64,000 bases of DNA from an uncultured delta proteobacterium (GCA_963794325.1 CAWCDG010000003.1:320001-384000), one strand, 5' to 3'; shown: positions 10,724 to 22,277, numbered from the stretch's first letter. Notes: generated from the letters alone by a model not told the origin. Numbers and translations: made by a program.

Positions 10724-10854
10724 CGCGCATTACGGGAGTGTTTCGCCGCCCCTTCGCGGGCCTGCGTTTACTCTGCTTCAATCGACGGCTACAATAGTTC
10801 TCACGCGCGGGCGAACCTTAGGAGGCTCGGCCGCGTTTTAGTATTCAGCACAAA

Positions 10855-12702
10855 ATGAGACGTTCAGACATAAGAAATTTAGCGATCGTCGCTCACGTCG
10901 ATCACGGCAAAACCACTCTGGTCGACGCGATGCTGCGGCAGTCGGGCGTATTCCGCGCCAACGAGCAGGTCATTGACCGCGTGATGGATTCCAACGCGCT
11001 CGAGCGCGAGCGCGGCATCACCATCATGGCCAAGAACACCTCGATTCTCTGGGGTGAGACGCGCATCAACATCGTCGATACCCCCGGCCATTCGGATTTC
11101 GGCGGCGAGGTCGAGCGCACGCTGTCGATGGTGGACGGCGTCCTGCTCCTGGTCGACGCCTGCGAAGGACCGCTGCCCCAGACTCGCTTCGTGCTCAAGA
11201 AGGCGCTCGAGTCGAACCTGCCCGCGATTCTTTGCATCAACAAGATCGATCGCTCCGACGCGCGCGCGCCCGAAGTCCTCGACGAGGTTTACGATCTCTT
11301 CATCGACCTCGGCGCGAACGAGAACCAGCTCGACTTCCCGGTGCTCTACACTCAGGCGCGCGCCGGCACCGCCTCGCTCAAGCTCGACGTTCCGAGCGAA
11401 AACCTGGTGCCGCTCTTCGACGCAATCGTCGCGCATCTGCCGGGCCCCGAAGTCGATCCCGACGCGACCCTGCAATTCCAGGTCAATAACATCGACTACG
11501 ACGATTACGTCGGCCGCCTCGCGGTTGGCCGGATTATCGCGGGTTCGATGACCGCGTCGCAGAACTATTCGCTGTGCCGGCGCGATGGCAAGACCGTCAC
11601 CTGCAAGGTCGCTCATATCTACGGATGGCAGGGGCTGACGCGCGTCGAGCGCAACACCGCCAGTGCGGGCGAGATAGTAATCGTCGCCGGCGTCGAAGAT
11701 ATCGCGATCGGCGAAACCATCGCCGACCTTGAAAATCCGCGCCCGCTGCCGCCGATCCGAATTGATGAGCCGACCGTTGCGATGACCTTCTCGGTGAATA
11801 ACGCGCCGTGGGCCGGCCGCGAGGGAGACTTCGTCACCTCGCGCAAACTCGGCGAGCGAATCGAATTCGAGGCGCGCAAAAACGTCAGCACACGGGTCGA
11901 GCAGTTGTCGCCGGAGTCGTGGCGCGTCATGGGCCGCGGCGAATTGCAGCTCGCGGTGATTATCGAAACGATGCGCCGCGAAGGCTACGAGATGCAGGTT
12001 TCGAAGCCCACCGTCATCACCAAGCAGGCCGACGGCCAGGTGCTCGAGCCGATGGAGATGCTGGTCATCGACATCCCTTCCGAATACATCGGTACCGTCA
12101 CGCAGATGCTCTCGACGCGCAAGGCGAAGATGCGCACGATGGTCACTCATGCGAGCAATCGCGTGCGCCTCGAATACGACATTCCCGCGCGCGGCCTCAT
12201 CGGCTTTCGCGGACGCTTTCTCGAAAGCACCCGCGGCAACGGCCTGATGAATACGCTTTTCAACGGCTACGCGCCGTGGTCGGGTACGATTCGCTCGCGC
12301 GCCAACGGAGCGATGATTTCCGATCGCGAGGGCGTCAGCACGCCGTACGCGATCTTCCATTTGCAGGAGCGCGGTATATTCTTCGTCGGACCCGGCGAGC
12401 CGGTCTACGAGGGTATGATCGTCGGCGAGTATGCTCGTGAGATAAACTTGCCGGTCAACGTGTGTCGTGAAAAAAAGCTCAGCAACATGCGCGCCACCGG
12501 CCACGACGAAGCGATTCGACTTTCGCCCGCGCGCGTTCCGACCCTCGACGCCGCGCTCGAATGGATCGACGAGGAAGAGCTGGTCGAAGTCACGCCCAAG
12601 TCTGTGCGGCTGCGCAACCGCGTCCTCAAGACGGCGCTCAGGAACAAGCATCGTGCGGGATACATCGACGCGCCGCCGTCGGAGATGGCCGAAAGCAACT
12701 GA
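10855..12702 (+). CDS. typA: Translational GTPase TypA/BipA
   Basis: AHVDHGKTT, ERGITI, DTPGHSDFGGEVER, NKID, GRGELQL, EVTPKSVRLR. Confidence 0.97.
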   Translation: MRRSDIRNLAIVAHVDHGKTTLVDAMLRQSGVFRANEQVIDRVMDSNALERERGITIMAKNTSILWGETRINIVDTPGHSDFGGEVERTLSMVDGVLLLVDACEGPLPQTRFVLKKALESNLPAILCINKIDRSDARAPEVLDEVYDLFIDLGANENQLDFPVLYTQARAGTASLKLDVPSENLVPLFDAIVAHLPGPEVDPDATLQFQVNNIDYDDYVGRLAVGRIIAGSMTASQNYSLCRRDGKTVTCKVAHIYGWQGLTRVERNTASAGEIVIVAGVEDIAIGETIADLENPRPLPPIRIDEPTVAMTFSVNNAPWAGREGDFVTSRKLGERIEFEARKNVSTRVEQLSPESWRVMGRGELQLAVIIETMRREGYEMQVSKPTVITKQADGQVLEPMEMLVIDIPSEYIGTVTQMLSTRKAKMRTMVTHASNRVRLEYDIPARGLIGFRGRFLESTRGNGLMNTLFNGYAPWSGTIRSRANGAMISDREGVSTPYAIFHLQERGIFFVGPGEPVYEGMIVGEYAREINLPVNVCREKKLSNMRATGHDEAIRLSPARVPTLDAALEWIDEEELVEVTPKSVRLRNRVLKTALRNKHRAGYIDAPPSEMAESN

Positions 12703-12762
12703 TCGCTTCGTGAGCCATGCGGACGGCGTAACGCCGGACGTGGCGATGGCGTCACGGCAATC

Positions 12763-15700
12763 ATGAGACTGGTCCGAATCGTCGCGCTTTCCGCGCTGAT
12801 TCTCGCGATCCTCATCGGCGGGTCGGCGGCGCTAATCGTATTCAACCAGGCCCGCATCGTCGTTTACGTTCTCGCTTCGGTCCGCAACCGCACCGGCGTC
12901 GATATCATCCCGCGCGCCAGCTCGGTGCACCTCGGCACCCATCTGATCGTCGTCCTCGACCAGCCGCAAGTAATCAACAACGGACATGAAATCGTCAAGC
13001 TGAAATCGCTCCGCGCGATCGTCTCGTACCATTCCCTCTTCACCGGCACCGGCCTTCCGCTTTATCGGTTGACCGCAACCAGTCCTGAAATCATCCTCCC
13101 GGTGAGCTCCAATAACGCGGCCACGGTCCCGATGCCGCGTCCCGGGGCGCCGACGATCGACGCTCTCCAGGAAGCGTTGCATGCATTGTCGCGGATCTGT
13201 TGGCGCGTCGAGACGGTCGACGCAACTATGCGCTATGCCGACGGTGGCGACGTTGCCGATCACGTTGCGATCGTCGCCTACCACACTCGGCGCGAGCCTT
13301 TCCGATGGCTGCTCGAATTCAGCGGCGCATTGCTGACCTCGCCGGTCCCTGGAGCGCAGGTAGCCGGTAAATTCAGCCTCGGTCTCGGAAGGAATCCGCG
13401 CCCCAACGAATTTGCACATGGAGAGCTGTGGACCTGGAACGTCCCGCTGAAGGGACTCGAGGTCGAAAGTTTCTCGTTGGTCGGGACGGTCAAGAATACC
13501 GTGAAGTTCTCGCTTCACGACGACGGCTCTGTCACTGGCGACGCCGAAGCGGAGTCGCAGAAACTCACACTCGTCAGCAAACGGCTCGCCGCACCGGAAA
13601 TATTAGGCGCCTACTCGTTGCACGCCGGCTTCGAAATTACCGATGGCAAGTATGCGTTCACGAAGATCGTTTTGCGCCACGTCGATACGGCCGTGTTGTC
13701 CGGTGATACCGAGCTGGTCGCCCCGCAAAGCAAAAATCCGGAGCTGGGAATCCATCTCGGCGGCTTTCACTTCGACGCGTCCGTCGTCAGGCAGAAACTT
13801 CTCTCGGTCCGCCACCTGCCCGCCGACTTGGTGGATATGCTCAACCGCCTCGGACCCGGCAAGGTAACGGTCGGCGATGCGACCCTGAGCGCCGCGCTCG
13901 AGGAGATCGAGACCGCGCCGCTCGATACGATTCGCAAGAACCTCGTGGTGAGCGGCACCATCGAAGGCCTCGGGTTCGCAATTCCGCAGGATACGAAACT
14001 GCCGCCGGTCTCGGGTCTCAGTGCACAGCTCGCGTACTCGCGGGGACAGCTGACGATCACGCAGGGCACCGCGAAGTTCGGAACTTCCACCGTCCACGAC
14101 CTTTCCGCGAGCGCAAACATCGGCAACGGCGTCGAGGGCGCCGACTACAAGACCAACCTGACCCTCGACGCGAACCTCGACGAGCTCTATCCGGCCATCG
14201 CGCGCTTCCTCGACATATATAAATTGCGCGAGCGCGACCGTCTCCAACGCCTGAGTGGCCGCGTCGAAGTGAACGCGACCGCATCCGGCAAGTTGAGCGT
14301 CACGACGCTGGTCCCGCCCAAAGACTACCAGGTGCGCGCCGACGCCATCGGCGCCGTTCTCACCCTCAAGGGTTCGCCCGGCCCGCTCAAGGTGTCGCGC
14401 GGCACCGTCGCAATCGATCCGGCCGCGATCAAATTCGAAAACGTGATGGTGGCCGCGACCGGCGGCAATGCGACCCTCGACGGCGTCGTGAATTTCGAGA
14501 AGCAAGGCGTCGCCGTGAAGGATCTGACGCTGGGGCTTCATGACTTCCCGTCGCAGTTGTGGCTGACGCTCCTCGTCGATCCGAACGACTTCAGCGTGAG
14601 TGGCCCGATTGGCGGCAAGGTTGTCGTTAACGGCAATCCCAGCAGTCCGGGCGGCCTGATCCCTGAAGGCAAACTGACGCTCGCCAACGGTGACGTGAAA
14701 TTCAACTTCCTGCGTTCGCCGATTATCGTTCAGGGCGCGACGCTCACGATGCACCGCAAGCAGGTCATCCTCGCGATGCCCGGTTCGAAGCTCGAGAATT
14801 CGCCCATCAATTTCCGCGTTTCGGTTGCCGACTACACTCATCCCTCGATTCGCATCGACGCCACCGTGCAGAAACTCGATCTCGAGGTGATGAGATTTGT
14901 GCGGATGCCCTGGTCGCCGGCCGAGCCGCCGATTAATTTTCCGGTTCCATGCTTCGGGCACATCGAAGCGCGCGCCGCAAACCTCGGCAGTTTTCAGATG
15001 ACCGACACCAAAACCGATTTCACCCGCGATCCTACCGGCAATTGGCGCGTTTATAACATGAGCGCCACCGCTTACCGCGGGAAGATGCACATCGAACTCG
15101 TCGGTCGCGCTCCCGACAACTGGATCCACATCATGGGCAGCGCCACCGACATGGATCCCGCGCCGCTCTTTTTGCTGAGCGGCAAGAACACGCAATCGCC
15201 ATTGGTGGGCCATCTGTTTCTCGCCGCAGATTTGTGGGCGAACTCCGACACCAACTTTTTCGAAACTATGGCCGGCGACATGTCGATCACCGTCCGCGAC
15301 GGAACCCTCAACAAGTTCACGCTTCTGTCACGCTTGCTCAGTTTCATCGACATCAAGAATTGGTTGAGCGCGCAAATCCCCGACCCGCGCGTCGCCGGAG
15401 TCCCGTTCAAGACTCTCTTTACCGATTTCAAGGGCAATGGTGGTCTCTTCTACACAAATAATTTCGTGCTTAACGGTCCGGTCATGTCCATCACCGCCAA
15501 CGGCAGCGTGCAGTTCGGCGCAGGCACTCTCGATATGGAGGTCGGCATGTTCCCGTTCGACACCGTCGATTGGGTGTTGAATCACATTCCAATTATCGGC
15601 GAGAGAATCGGCGCGGGCACGGGCAAACTGGTCGCCGCGTATTTCTCCGTGAAAGGTCCGGTCAGCGATCCTTCGATTCTGCCCAAGCCGATCACGTCTG

Positions 15701-15768
15701 TAGCGGAGTTCGTCAAAAAAACGATCGCGGTGCCGATAAACATCATTCGTCCCAACACGGTCAAGTGA
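12763..15768 (+). CDS. AsmA/YhdP-like bridge-like lipid transport protein
   Basis: N-terminal TM, long beta-rich body, C-terminal AsmA_2-like tail (LNHIPIIG...YFSVKGPVSDPSI). Confidence 0.75.
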   Translation: MRLVRIVALSALILAILIGGSAALIVFNQARIVVYVLASVRNRTGVDIIPRASSVHLGTHLIVVLDQPQVINNGHEIVKLKSLRAIVSYHSLFTGTGLPLYRLTATSPEIILPVSSNNAATVPMPRPGAPTIDALQEALHALSRICWRVETVDATMRYADGGDVADHVAIVAYHTRREPFRWLLEFSGALLTSPVPGAQVAGKFSLGLGRNPRPNEFAHGELWTWNVPLKGLEVESFSLVGTVKNTVKFSLHDDGSVTGDAEAESQKLTLVSKRLAAPEILGAYSLHAGFEITDGKYAFTKIVLRHVDTAVLSGDTELVAPQSKNPELGIHLGGFHFDASVVRQKLLSVRHLPADLVDMLNRLGPGKVTVGDATLSAALEEIETAPLDTIRKNLVVSGTIEGLGFAIPQDTKLPPVSGLSAQLAYSRGQLTITQGTAKFGTSTVHDLSASANIGNGVEGADYKTNLTLDANLDELYPAIARFLDIYKLRERDRLQRLSGRVEVNATASGKLSVTTLVPPKDYQVRADAIGAVLTLKGSPGPLKVSRGTVAIDPAAIKFENVMVAATGGNATLDGVVNFEKQGVAVKDLTLGLHDFPSQLWLTLLVDPNDFSVSGPIGGKVVVNGNPSSPGGLIPEGKLTLANGDVKFNFLRSPIIVQGATLTMHRKQVILAMPGSKLENSPINFRVSVADYTHPSIRIDATVQKLDLEVMRFVRMPWSPAEPPINFPVPCFGHIEARAANLGSFQMTDTKTDFTRDPTGNWRVYNMSATAYRGKMHIELVGRAPDNWIHIMGSATDMDPAPLFLLSGKNTQSPLVGHLFLAADLWANSDTNFFETMAGDMSITVRDGTLNKFTLLSRLLSFIDIKNWLSAQIPDPRVAGVPFKTLFTDFKGNGGLFYTNNFVLNGPVMSITANGSVQFGAGTLDMEVGMFPFDTVDWVLNHIPIIGERIGAGTGKLVAAYFSVKGPVSDPSILPKPITSVAEFVKKTIAVPINIIRPNTVK

Positions 15769-15786
15769 GCCGGTGAAAAGTGAAAA

Positions 15787-16485
15787 ATGAGAAAATCGCG
15801 GCCCGCGCTGATCGTATTTTGCCGCGAGCCCATCGCGCATCAGGCCAAGACCAGGTTGATCGGCGCGATTACGCCTGCCGCCGCGGCAGCACTGTCCGAT
15901 GCATTCATTCGCGACGCGCTCGCTAAGGCAGTTTCAGTTCGCCCGTCGCGAATCGTTATCGCGGCGAGCGCGCCGGACGGCGCTGACCGCAGCAAGTACT
16001 TCAGGAAGCTGGCTCGTCGATTTGAAGCGGATCTGATCGATCAGGGAAGCGGTTCGCTGGGCCGGCGGATGGCGCGATCACTCGCTCCATTCACATCGAG
16101 CGGCGCGCTTTTAATCGGAACTGACACACCTTCGCTTCCAGCCTCGATGCTCGCGTCCAGTCTGGAAGCACTTCGCCGCAATCGCGTCGTGATCGCGCCG
16201 AGTCTCGATGGCGGCTATTACGCGGTCGGTGTGCGCGGAGCGATGCCCCCTATCTTCACTGGCATCCGATGGGGCACCGGCAGCGTCTTCGTCACAACCA
16301 TCAAGCGTCTCGAGCGCGCGGCCATTCCGTTCGCGCTCGGTCCCGCATGGTACGACGTCGATCGATGGGCCGACGTACTCCTGCTGGCCGCGCACCTGCG
16401 AATACTGGCGCGAACCGATTCGTCGCCATGCCCGACGACCGAGGCTGTGCTCGCACGGCTTGGAGTCCTCCGCCACGCTCGCTAA
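15787..16485 (+). CDS. TIGR04282/DUF2064 family glycosyltransferase-like protein
   Basis: FCREP...KTRL, QGSGSLGRRM, IGTDTP, PSLDGGYY, WYDVD motifs. Confidence 0.85.
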   Translation: MRKSRPALIVFCREPIAHQAKTRLIGAITPAAAAALSDAFIRDALAKAVSVRPSRIVIAASAPDGADRSKYFRKLARRFEADLIDQGSGSLGRRMARSLAPFTSSGALLIGTDTPSLPASMLASSLEALRRNRVVIAPSLDGGYYAVGVRGAMPPIFTGIRWGTGSVFVTTIKRLERAAIPFALGPAWYDVDRWADVLLLAAHLRILARTDSSPCPTTEAVLARLGVLRHAR

Positions 16486-16494
16486 AGTACCCCG

Positions 16495-16740
16495 GTGATC
16501 GAGCTGATTCTCTACACCCGAAACGACTGTCCGCTGTGCCACCAGATGGAAGCGGTGATTGCCGCCGAGGCTCCGAAATTCGACGCCCGCATTCAGCGTA
16601 TCGAGATCGACGGCGATCCGGATCTCGAAGCCCGTTTTGGAATCGAAGTGCCGGTCTTGTTCGTGAACGATCGCAAAGCGTTCAAATATCGATGCACTCC
16701 CACCGAATTGCGCAAACGACTGGCGCGTGAGGTTAGCTGA
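16495..16740 (+). CDS. Glutaredoxin-like protein (DUF836)
   Basis: YTRNDCPLC (CxxC) and EVPVL. Confidence 0.85.
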   Translation: MIELILYTRNDCPLCHQMEAVIAAEAPKFDARIQRIEIDGDPDLEARFGIEVPVLFVNDRKAFKYRCTPTELRKRLAREVS

Positions 16741-16741
16741 C

Positions 16742-17095
16742 ATGCCGGCGAGAACTCCCCACAAAATGCGGGTCATCTTCGTTACCTGCGGCGGCGAAGA
16801 TCAGGCTGCCGAAATCGCGCGCACCCTGGTCTCCGAAAGGCTGGCGGCATGCGTGAATATCGTCGGGCCCATTCGCTCGATCTACCGATGGCGCGACGAG
16901 GTCAAGGACGACGCCGAATACCTGCTCATCATAAAGACCCGCGCGCTGCTCTATATGAAGGTCGAGACGCGCGTCCGCGAGATGCACACCTATGATGTGC
17001 CCGAGGTCCTCGCGCTGAACGCAGATCGCGGCTCGCCTCCGTACATCCAGTGGATGCTCGATTCGACCGGCCCTCCTCGCGGACACTCCAAATGA
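16742..17095 (+). CDS. cutA: Divalent-cation tolerance protein CutA
   Basis: RLAACVNI, SIYRW, EYLLIIKT, HTYDVPE. Confidence 0.92.
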   Translation: MPARTPHKMRVIFVTCGGEDQAAEIARTLVSERLAACVNIVGPIRSIYRWRDEVKDDAEYLLIIKTRALLYMKVETRVREMHTYDVPEVLALNADRGSPPYIQWMLDSTGPPRGHSK

Positions 17096-18135
17096 TCAGG
17101 TTTGCGATTGCAGGCGCCGGCGCGATCACCGAACGCGCGCACATTCCCGCACTGGCGAGCGTTCCCGACGCGAAAATCGTCGCGATACAAAGCCGCACCG
17201 CCGACAAGGCCGATCGCGTCGCACGGGCGCTTTGGCCTGACGATACGGCACGGCCGAACGCCTATTCCGATTTCGACGAGATGCTGGCGCGCGAGCATCC
17301 CGACGCCGTTGGAATCTTCACGCCAAATCGTTGGCATTGCGAATTTACCGTCAAGGCGCTCGACGCGGGCGCGCACGTGCTCGTCGAAAAGCCGATGGCT
17401 CCGACTGCGGCCGAGGCGCGCAAGATGGTCGATGCGGCCGCGAAAGCTGGTCGCGTGCTGATGGTCGCGATGCAACGGCGCTTCGGCGGAATCGAGCGCG
17501 CAATCAAAGACGCACTGGCGAGCGGTGCAATCGGCAAGCCTAATTTCATTCGTGCACGGCTTTCCCACGGCGGACCTCAATTGTGGGCGCCCGGACAAAG
17601 CTGGTTCACGACCGCTTCAGAAGCCGGCGGCGGCGCGATGCTCGATCTCGGCGTTCACGTCGCCGACCTCGCGATCTGGTTCATGGGCGAGGTCGATTCC
17701 GTCTCGGGGCAGGTGGCGACCCTCGCCAAGCAGATCGCGGTTGACGACACCGGCGCGATGATTCTCCATTTCAAGTCGGGCGCAATCGGCGTCGTCGAGG
17801 CGAGTTGGAGCAGCATGCCGCCGCTGTCGGCAATCGAGATTTACGGCACCGAGGGGCGGGTGATGGCTGGCTATCCGCGCAATGATATTTCGATTCTGAA
17901 ATCCGACGGCAGTCCGGCGCCGGGATTCTCGCGCGAGGAGGTGATGAGCCGCTTCGACCCGCGCGATTTTCTCGCCCCGTCACGCGCACTCGCCGAAAAC
18001 TTCATCGCCGCGATTCAAGGTAGGGCGAAACCCTCGCCCGACGGCATCGACGGACTGCGCGCAGTCGAAGCGATCGAGGCATGCTATCGTTCGTCGCGGA
18101 CCGGTACTCGAATCAAGCTCCCGCTCGATTCATAA
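17092..18135 (+). CDS. Gfo/Idh/MocA family oxidoreductase
   Basis: IAGAGAI Rossmann start, HVLVEKPMA, GGGAMLDLGVH; ATG overlaps the cutA stop. Confidence 0.9.
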   Translation: MIRFAIAGAGAITERAHIPALASVPDAKIVAIQSRTADKADRVARALWPDDTARPNAYSDFDEMLAREHPDAVGIFTPNRWHCEFTVKALDAGAHVLVEKPMAPTAAEARKMVDAAAKAGRVLMVAMQRRFGGIERAIKDALASGAIGKPNFIRARLSHGGPQLWAPGQSWFTTASEAGGGAMLDLGVHVADLAIWFMGEVDSVSGQVATLAKQIAVDDTGAMILHFKSGAIGVVEASWSSMPPLSAIEIYGTEGRVMAGYPRNDISILKSDGSPAPGFSREEVMSRFDPRDFLAPSRALAENFIAAIQGRAKPSPDGIDGLRAVEAIEACYRSSRTGTRIKLPLDS

Positions 18136-18142
18136 TCCACAG

Positions 18143-19231
<1,089 letters not shown>

Positions 19232-19236
19232 ATTCG

Positions 19237-19920
19237 ATGGCGGCGATCAAGCGTCTGTTCGGAAGTTTTCGCTCCTCACGCGGCAAGAAGTCCGAATCGG
19301 AATCGCATTCGTCGATTGAATGGGTGGTGGCGGGACTCGGGAATCCCGGCGAAGAGTACTCGCGTTCCCGCCACAACGCGGGATTCATGACAATCGATCG
19401 AATCGCGAAAGCCAAAGGCGTCGAGTTGAGCCGCCGCAGGTTCAAAGGCATCACCGCTGAAATCACCTTGGCCGAAAAGCCCGCGATTCTCGTCAAGCCC
19501 CAGACCTTTTACAATCTGAGCGGCGAATGCATTTCCGATCTGCTCGGATATTTCAAAATTACCACCAGCCATTTGATCGTAATTCATGACGAGCTCGATC
19601 TCGAAGCGGGGCGGCTCAGAATGAAGCAGGGCGGAGGGGACGCCGGCAACCGCGGCGTTCGTTCAATCGCGGAGTCGCTCGGAACCACCGACTTCATTCG
19701 CGTCAGAATTGGAATCGGCCGCCCGCCCGGCTTCACAACCGAAATGGAACCCGGCCGCCAACCGAAGACCGAAGAAAATAAGGACTACCTGCTGCGCCCG
19801 ATGACGGCCGCCGAAAGACAGGCAATTGCGCCGCTCCTCGACCGCGCTGCGAACGCAGTCGAAGCAATCGCCGCAGACGGCCTCGAAGCCGCGATGAACC
19901 GCTACAACCAACGCAGCTAA
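19237..19920 (+). CDS. pth: Peptidyl-tRNA hydrolase
   Basis: GLGNPG, RHNAGF, KPQTFYNLSG, HDELDL, RVRIGIGRP. Confidence 0.92.
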   Translation: MAAIKRLFGSFRSSRGKKSESESHSSIEWVVAGLGNPGEEYSRSRHNAGFMTIDRIAKAKGVELSRRRFKGITAEITLAEKPAILVKPQTFYNLSGECISDLLGYFKITTSHLIVIHDELDLEAGRLRMKQGGGDAGNRGVRSIAESLGTTDFIRVRIGIGRPPGFTTEMEPGRQPKTEENKDYLLRPMTAAERQAIAPLLDRAANAVEAIAADGLEAAMNRYNQRS

Positions 19921-20152
19921 ACTGCGCCACGCTCGTAGTAACAAATTGTCGTAAGGCGTAATCATTCAGTTGACTTACCAACATACCGCGCGCTAAGCAT
20001 CAACACGTTGGAACCCTCGTCGCGTTGTGCGGGTAAGTTTTCGCGTCCCGCTCGAATAGCAGCGCTGTTAGTGCCGATGCGAGAGGGCGTTGCTGCTTGA
20101 TCCGCACACGCTTCGTCGGTCTCTTAATCTTCTATCTAGGAAAAGGGATGCG

Positions 20153-20641
20153 ATGTTTGTGGAAAACAAGACTCGCTTCAGGAGGGCTGAGGAAGCTCTG
20201 CGGTTTTATTTCCGGTTGCGCGAGCTGCTTCACAGCGGACGGACCGGACGCCTGGTAGCCGACGAACTGCCTGCCGATGCATGCACGACGGCGGCCAACG
20301 CAATCGACGACTATCAATGCATCGGATGGTGCATGCGAGGTCTCGACGAAATCGCGTTGTGGCTGCTCAGCGAAATCTACGGACCGAGCTCTTTCGGCGT
20401 CCATCGGCGCACTCTGGGGCATACCTGCAAGGCCGGCCGGCGCGAATTCCCGCAACGAACATTTCGCCTGCACGAGATGGCCATGGTCCACGAGCACGCG
20501 CTGGGCGTCGTCAAGCGAGGGCTACGGGAACTTGGCATGATCCCGGTCCGCAAGATAACCACGGCGCACGTACGCCGCGAGATAATCGCCGCGGGCAGAG
20601 TCGCGCATCTTCACGGCGACCGAGCCGCTGAACGCGGATAA
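20153..20641 (+). CDS. Hypothetical protein, possibly a sigma4-like or phage-regulator-like helical protein
   Basis: ATG after a purine-rich tract (AGGAAAAGGG); sits between pth and tyrS behind a ~230-bp intergenic region; no firm family. Confidence 0.55.
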   Translation: MFVENKTRFRRAEEALRFYFRLRELLHSGRTGRLVADELPADACTTAANAIDDYQCIGWCMRGLDEIALWLLSEIYGPSSFGVHRRTLGHTCKAGRREFPQRTFRLHEMAMVHEHALGVVKRGLRELGMIPVRKITTAHVRREIIAAGRVAHLHGDRAAERG

Positions 20642-20738
20642 GTCGGCGGCGCCGAGTTCGATAGCGTGGCAGGCGGGCTATTCCGCGCCATCGAAATTCC
20701 TGTACGCTTGAGGACCAATCCAACTCGGGCGAACGGAC

Positions 20739-21938
20739 TTGGCGAAGCGAAGCGCGAACGAAAATCAGGCGAACGAACAGGCGGCGGCGCTGGCCCGCGG
20801 CGCCACTGAAGTTATTTCTCCAGCGGAGCTTGCGGCCAAAATTTCGCTCGGCCGGCCGCTCAGGATCAAGCTCGGGATGGATCCGACCGCGCCCGACTTG
20901 CATCTTGGCCACAGCATTGTGCTCAAGAAGTTGCGCGACTTCCAGGATGCCGGTCACACGGTAATTTTCCTGGTCGGCGATTTCACCGCGATGATCGGCG
21001 ATCCCACCGGACGCAACGAGACCCGCAAGCCGCTGTCGCGCCAACAAATCGAGCGCAACGCGGAAACCTATCGCACGCAGGCTTTCAAGATCCTCGACCG
21101 CGAAAGCACCGAAGTGCGATTCAACAGCGAATGGATGAACGAGCTGGGCGTCGCCAGGCTGATCGAGATCGCGGCGAAGGTGAGCGTCGCCCGCTTACTC
21201 GAGCGTGACGACTTCGAAAAGCGCCTCGCCACCGAGGAGCCGCTGTTCCTTCACGAGCTACTGTATCCCGTGATCCAGGGCTACGATTCCGTCGCGCTTC
21301 AAGCGGATCTCGAGATCGGCGGCACCGATCAGAAGTTCAACATGCTGGTCGGCCGCGAGCTGCAACGACACTACGGACAGGCGCCGCAAGCCGTCATGAC
21401 GATGCCGCTGCTCGAGGGTCTCGACGGTGTGCGCAAAATGTCGAAGTCACTCGGCAACTACGTCGGCCTCACCGACCAGCCCGAGGACATGTACGGCAAG
21501 CTGATGTCGGTGCCCGACAAGCTGATGGTGCGTTACTACGAGCTGCTGACCAACGCGACGCCCGAAGAGATCGCGGCGGTGAAATCCGGCGGGATGCATC
21601 CGATGGAAGCGAAGAAGCGCCTAGCCCGCACCATCGTCACCGAATATCACGGTGAGCCGGCGGCAAATCGCGCCGAGGAATATTTCGAGAGCAAGCATCA
21701 GCGCCGTGAAGTTCCCGCCAGCGCGCACGTCTATCGAATCGCCGAGGATTTGTGGATTTGCGAGCTGATGAAGCAGCTACAGTTCACGCCCTCGACCAGC
21801 GAGGCGCGCCGCCTGGTGAGCCAGGGCGCGGTGCGGGTCGACGGCCACACAATTACCGATGTGAATTTTCGCTTCGTTCCGGGCGAACACAAGGTGCTCG
21901 AAGTTGGCAAGCGGCGAGTCGCGCGTATCGAGCCCTGA
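20739..21938 (+). CDS. tyrS: Tyrosine--tRNA ligase
   Basis: DPTAPDLHLGH (HIGH), GGTDQKFN, KMSKS, C-terminal S4 domain. Confidence 0.97.
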   Translation: MAKRSANENQANEQAAALARGATEVISPAELAAKISLGRPLRIKLGMDPTAPDLHLGHSIVLKKLRDFQDAGHTVIFLVGDFTAMIGDPTGRNETRKPLSRQQIERNAETYRTQAFKILDRESTEVRFNSEWMNELGVARLIEIAAKVSVARLLERDDFEKRLATEEPLFLHELLYPVIQGYDSVALQADLEIGGTDQKFNMLVGRELQRHYGQAPQAVMTMPLLEGLDGVRKMSKSLGNYVGLTDQPEDMYGKLMSVPDKLMVRYYELLTNATPEEIAAVKSGGMHPMEAKKRLARTIVTEYHGEPAANRAEEYFESKHQRREVPASAHVYRIAEDLWICELMKQLQFTPSTSEARRLVSQGAVRVDGHTITDVNFRFVPGEHKVLEVGKRRVARIEP

Positions 21939-21946
21939 CGGGAGTT

Positions 21947-22210
21947 TCAGTCGCTCTTATTCTTCTCGGCCGCCGCGACCGCTTCGCGCAGCTTTTCCAT
22001 CGTGCGTCCAAGAGCCTTGGTGTAGCGCTGCTTGGTCCAGGTCTCCTTGGTCCGCATCTTGAGCCATCCGAGCTTCACCGCGTCCGGCTTGTTGCCCATC
22101 TCGCCGGTCGAAACCTCGATGATCGCGCGCTCTTCAGTGTTGAGCGAATCGAGCACTTCGCGCTTGAGGTTTTGCAGGAATCCGGACTTGAGGTCGATAT
22201 CGATCTTCAT
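21947..22210 (-). CDS. Small basic hypothetical protein
   Basis: 87-aa ORF with normal codon usage, convergent with tyrS. Confidence 0.65.
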   Translation of the reverse strand: MKIDIDLKSGFLQNLKREVLDSLNTEERAIIEVSTGEMGNKPDAVKLGWLKMRTKETWTKQRYTKALGRTMEKLREAVAAAEKNKSD

Positions 22211-22277
22211 CGAAAATGTACTTCAATGATCTTAAACCATAGCATGCGCGTCCTCAACGACCCCGGGAGAAAAAACC

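Noticed and set aside
10879-12651. Long antisense ORFs opposite typA (590 aa), AsmA (13603-15213), degP (48692-50398) and caiB (62412-63980)
   Set aside because: Shadow ORFs expected from high-GC codon bias. They have no recognisable motifs, and the opposite strand encodes clear proteins.
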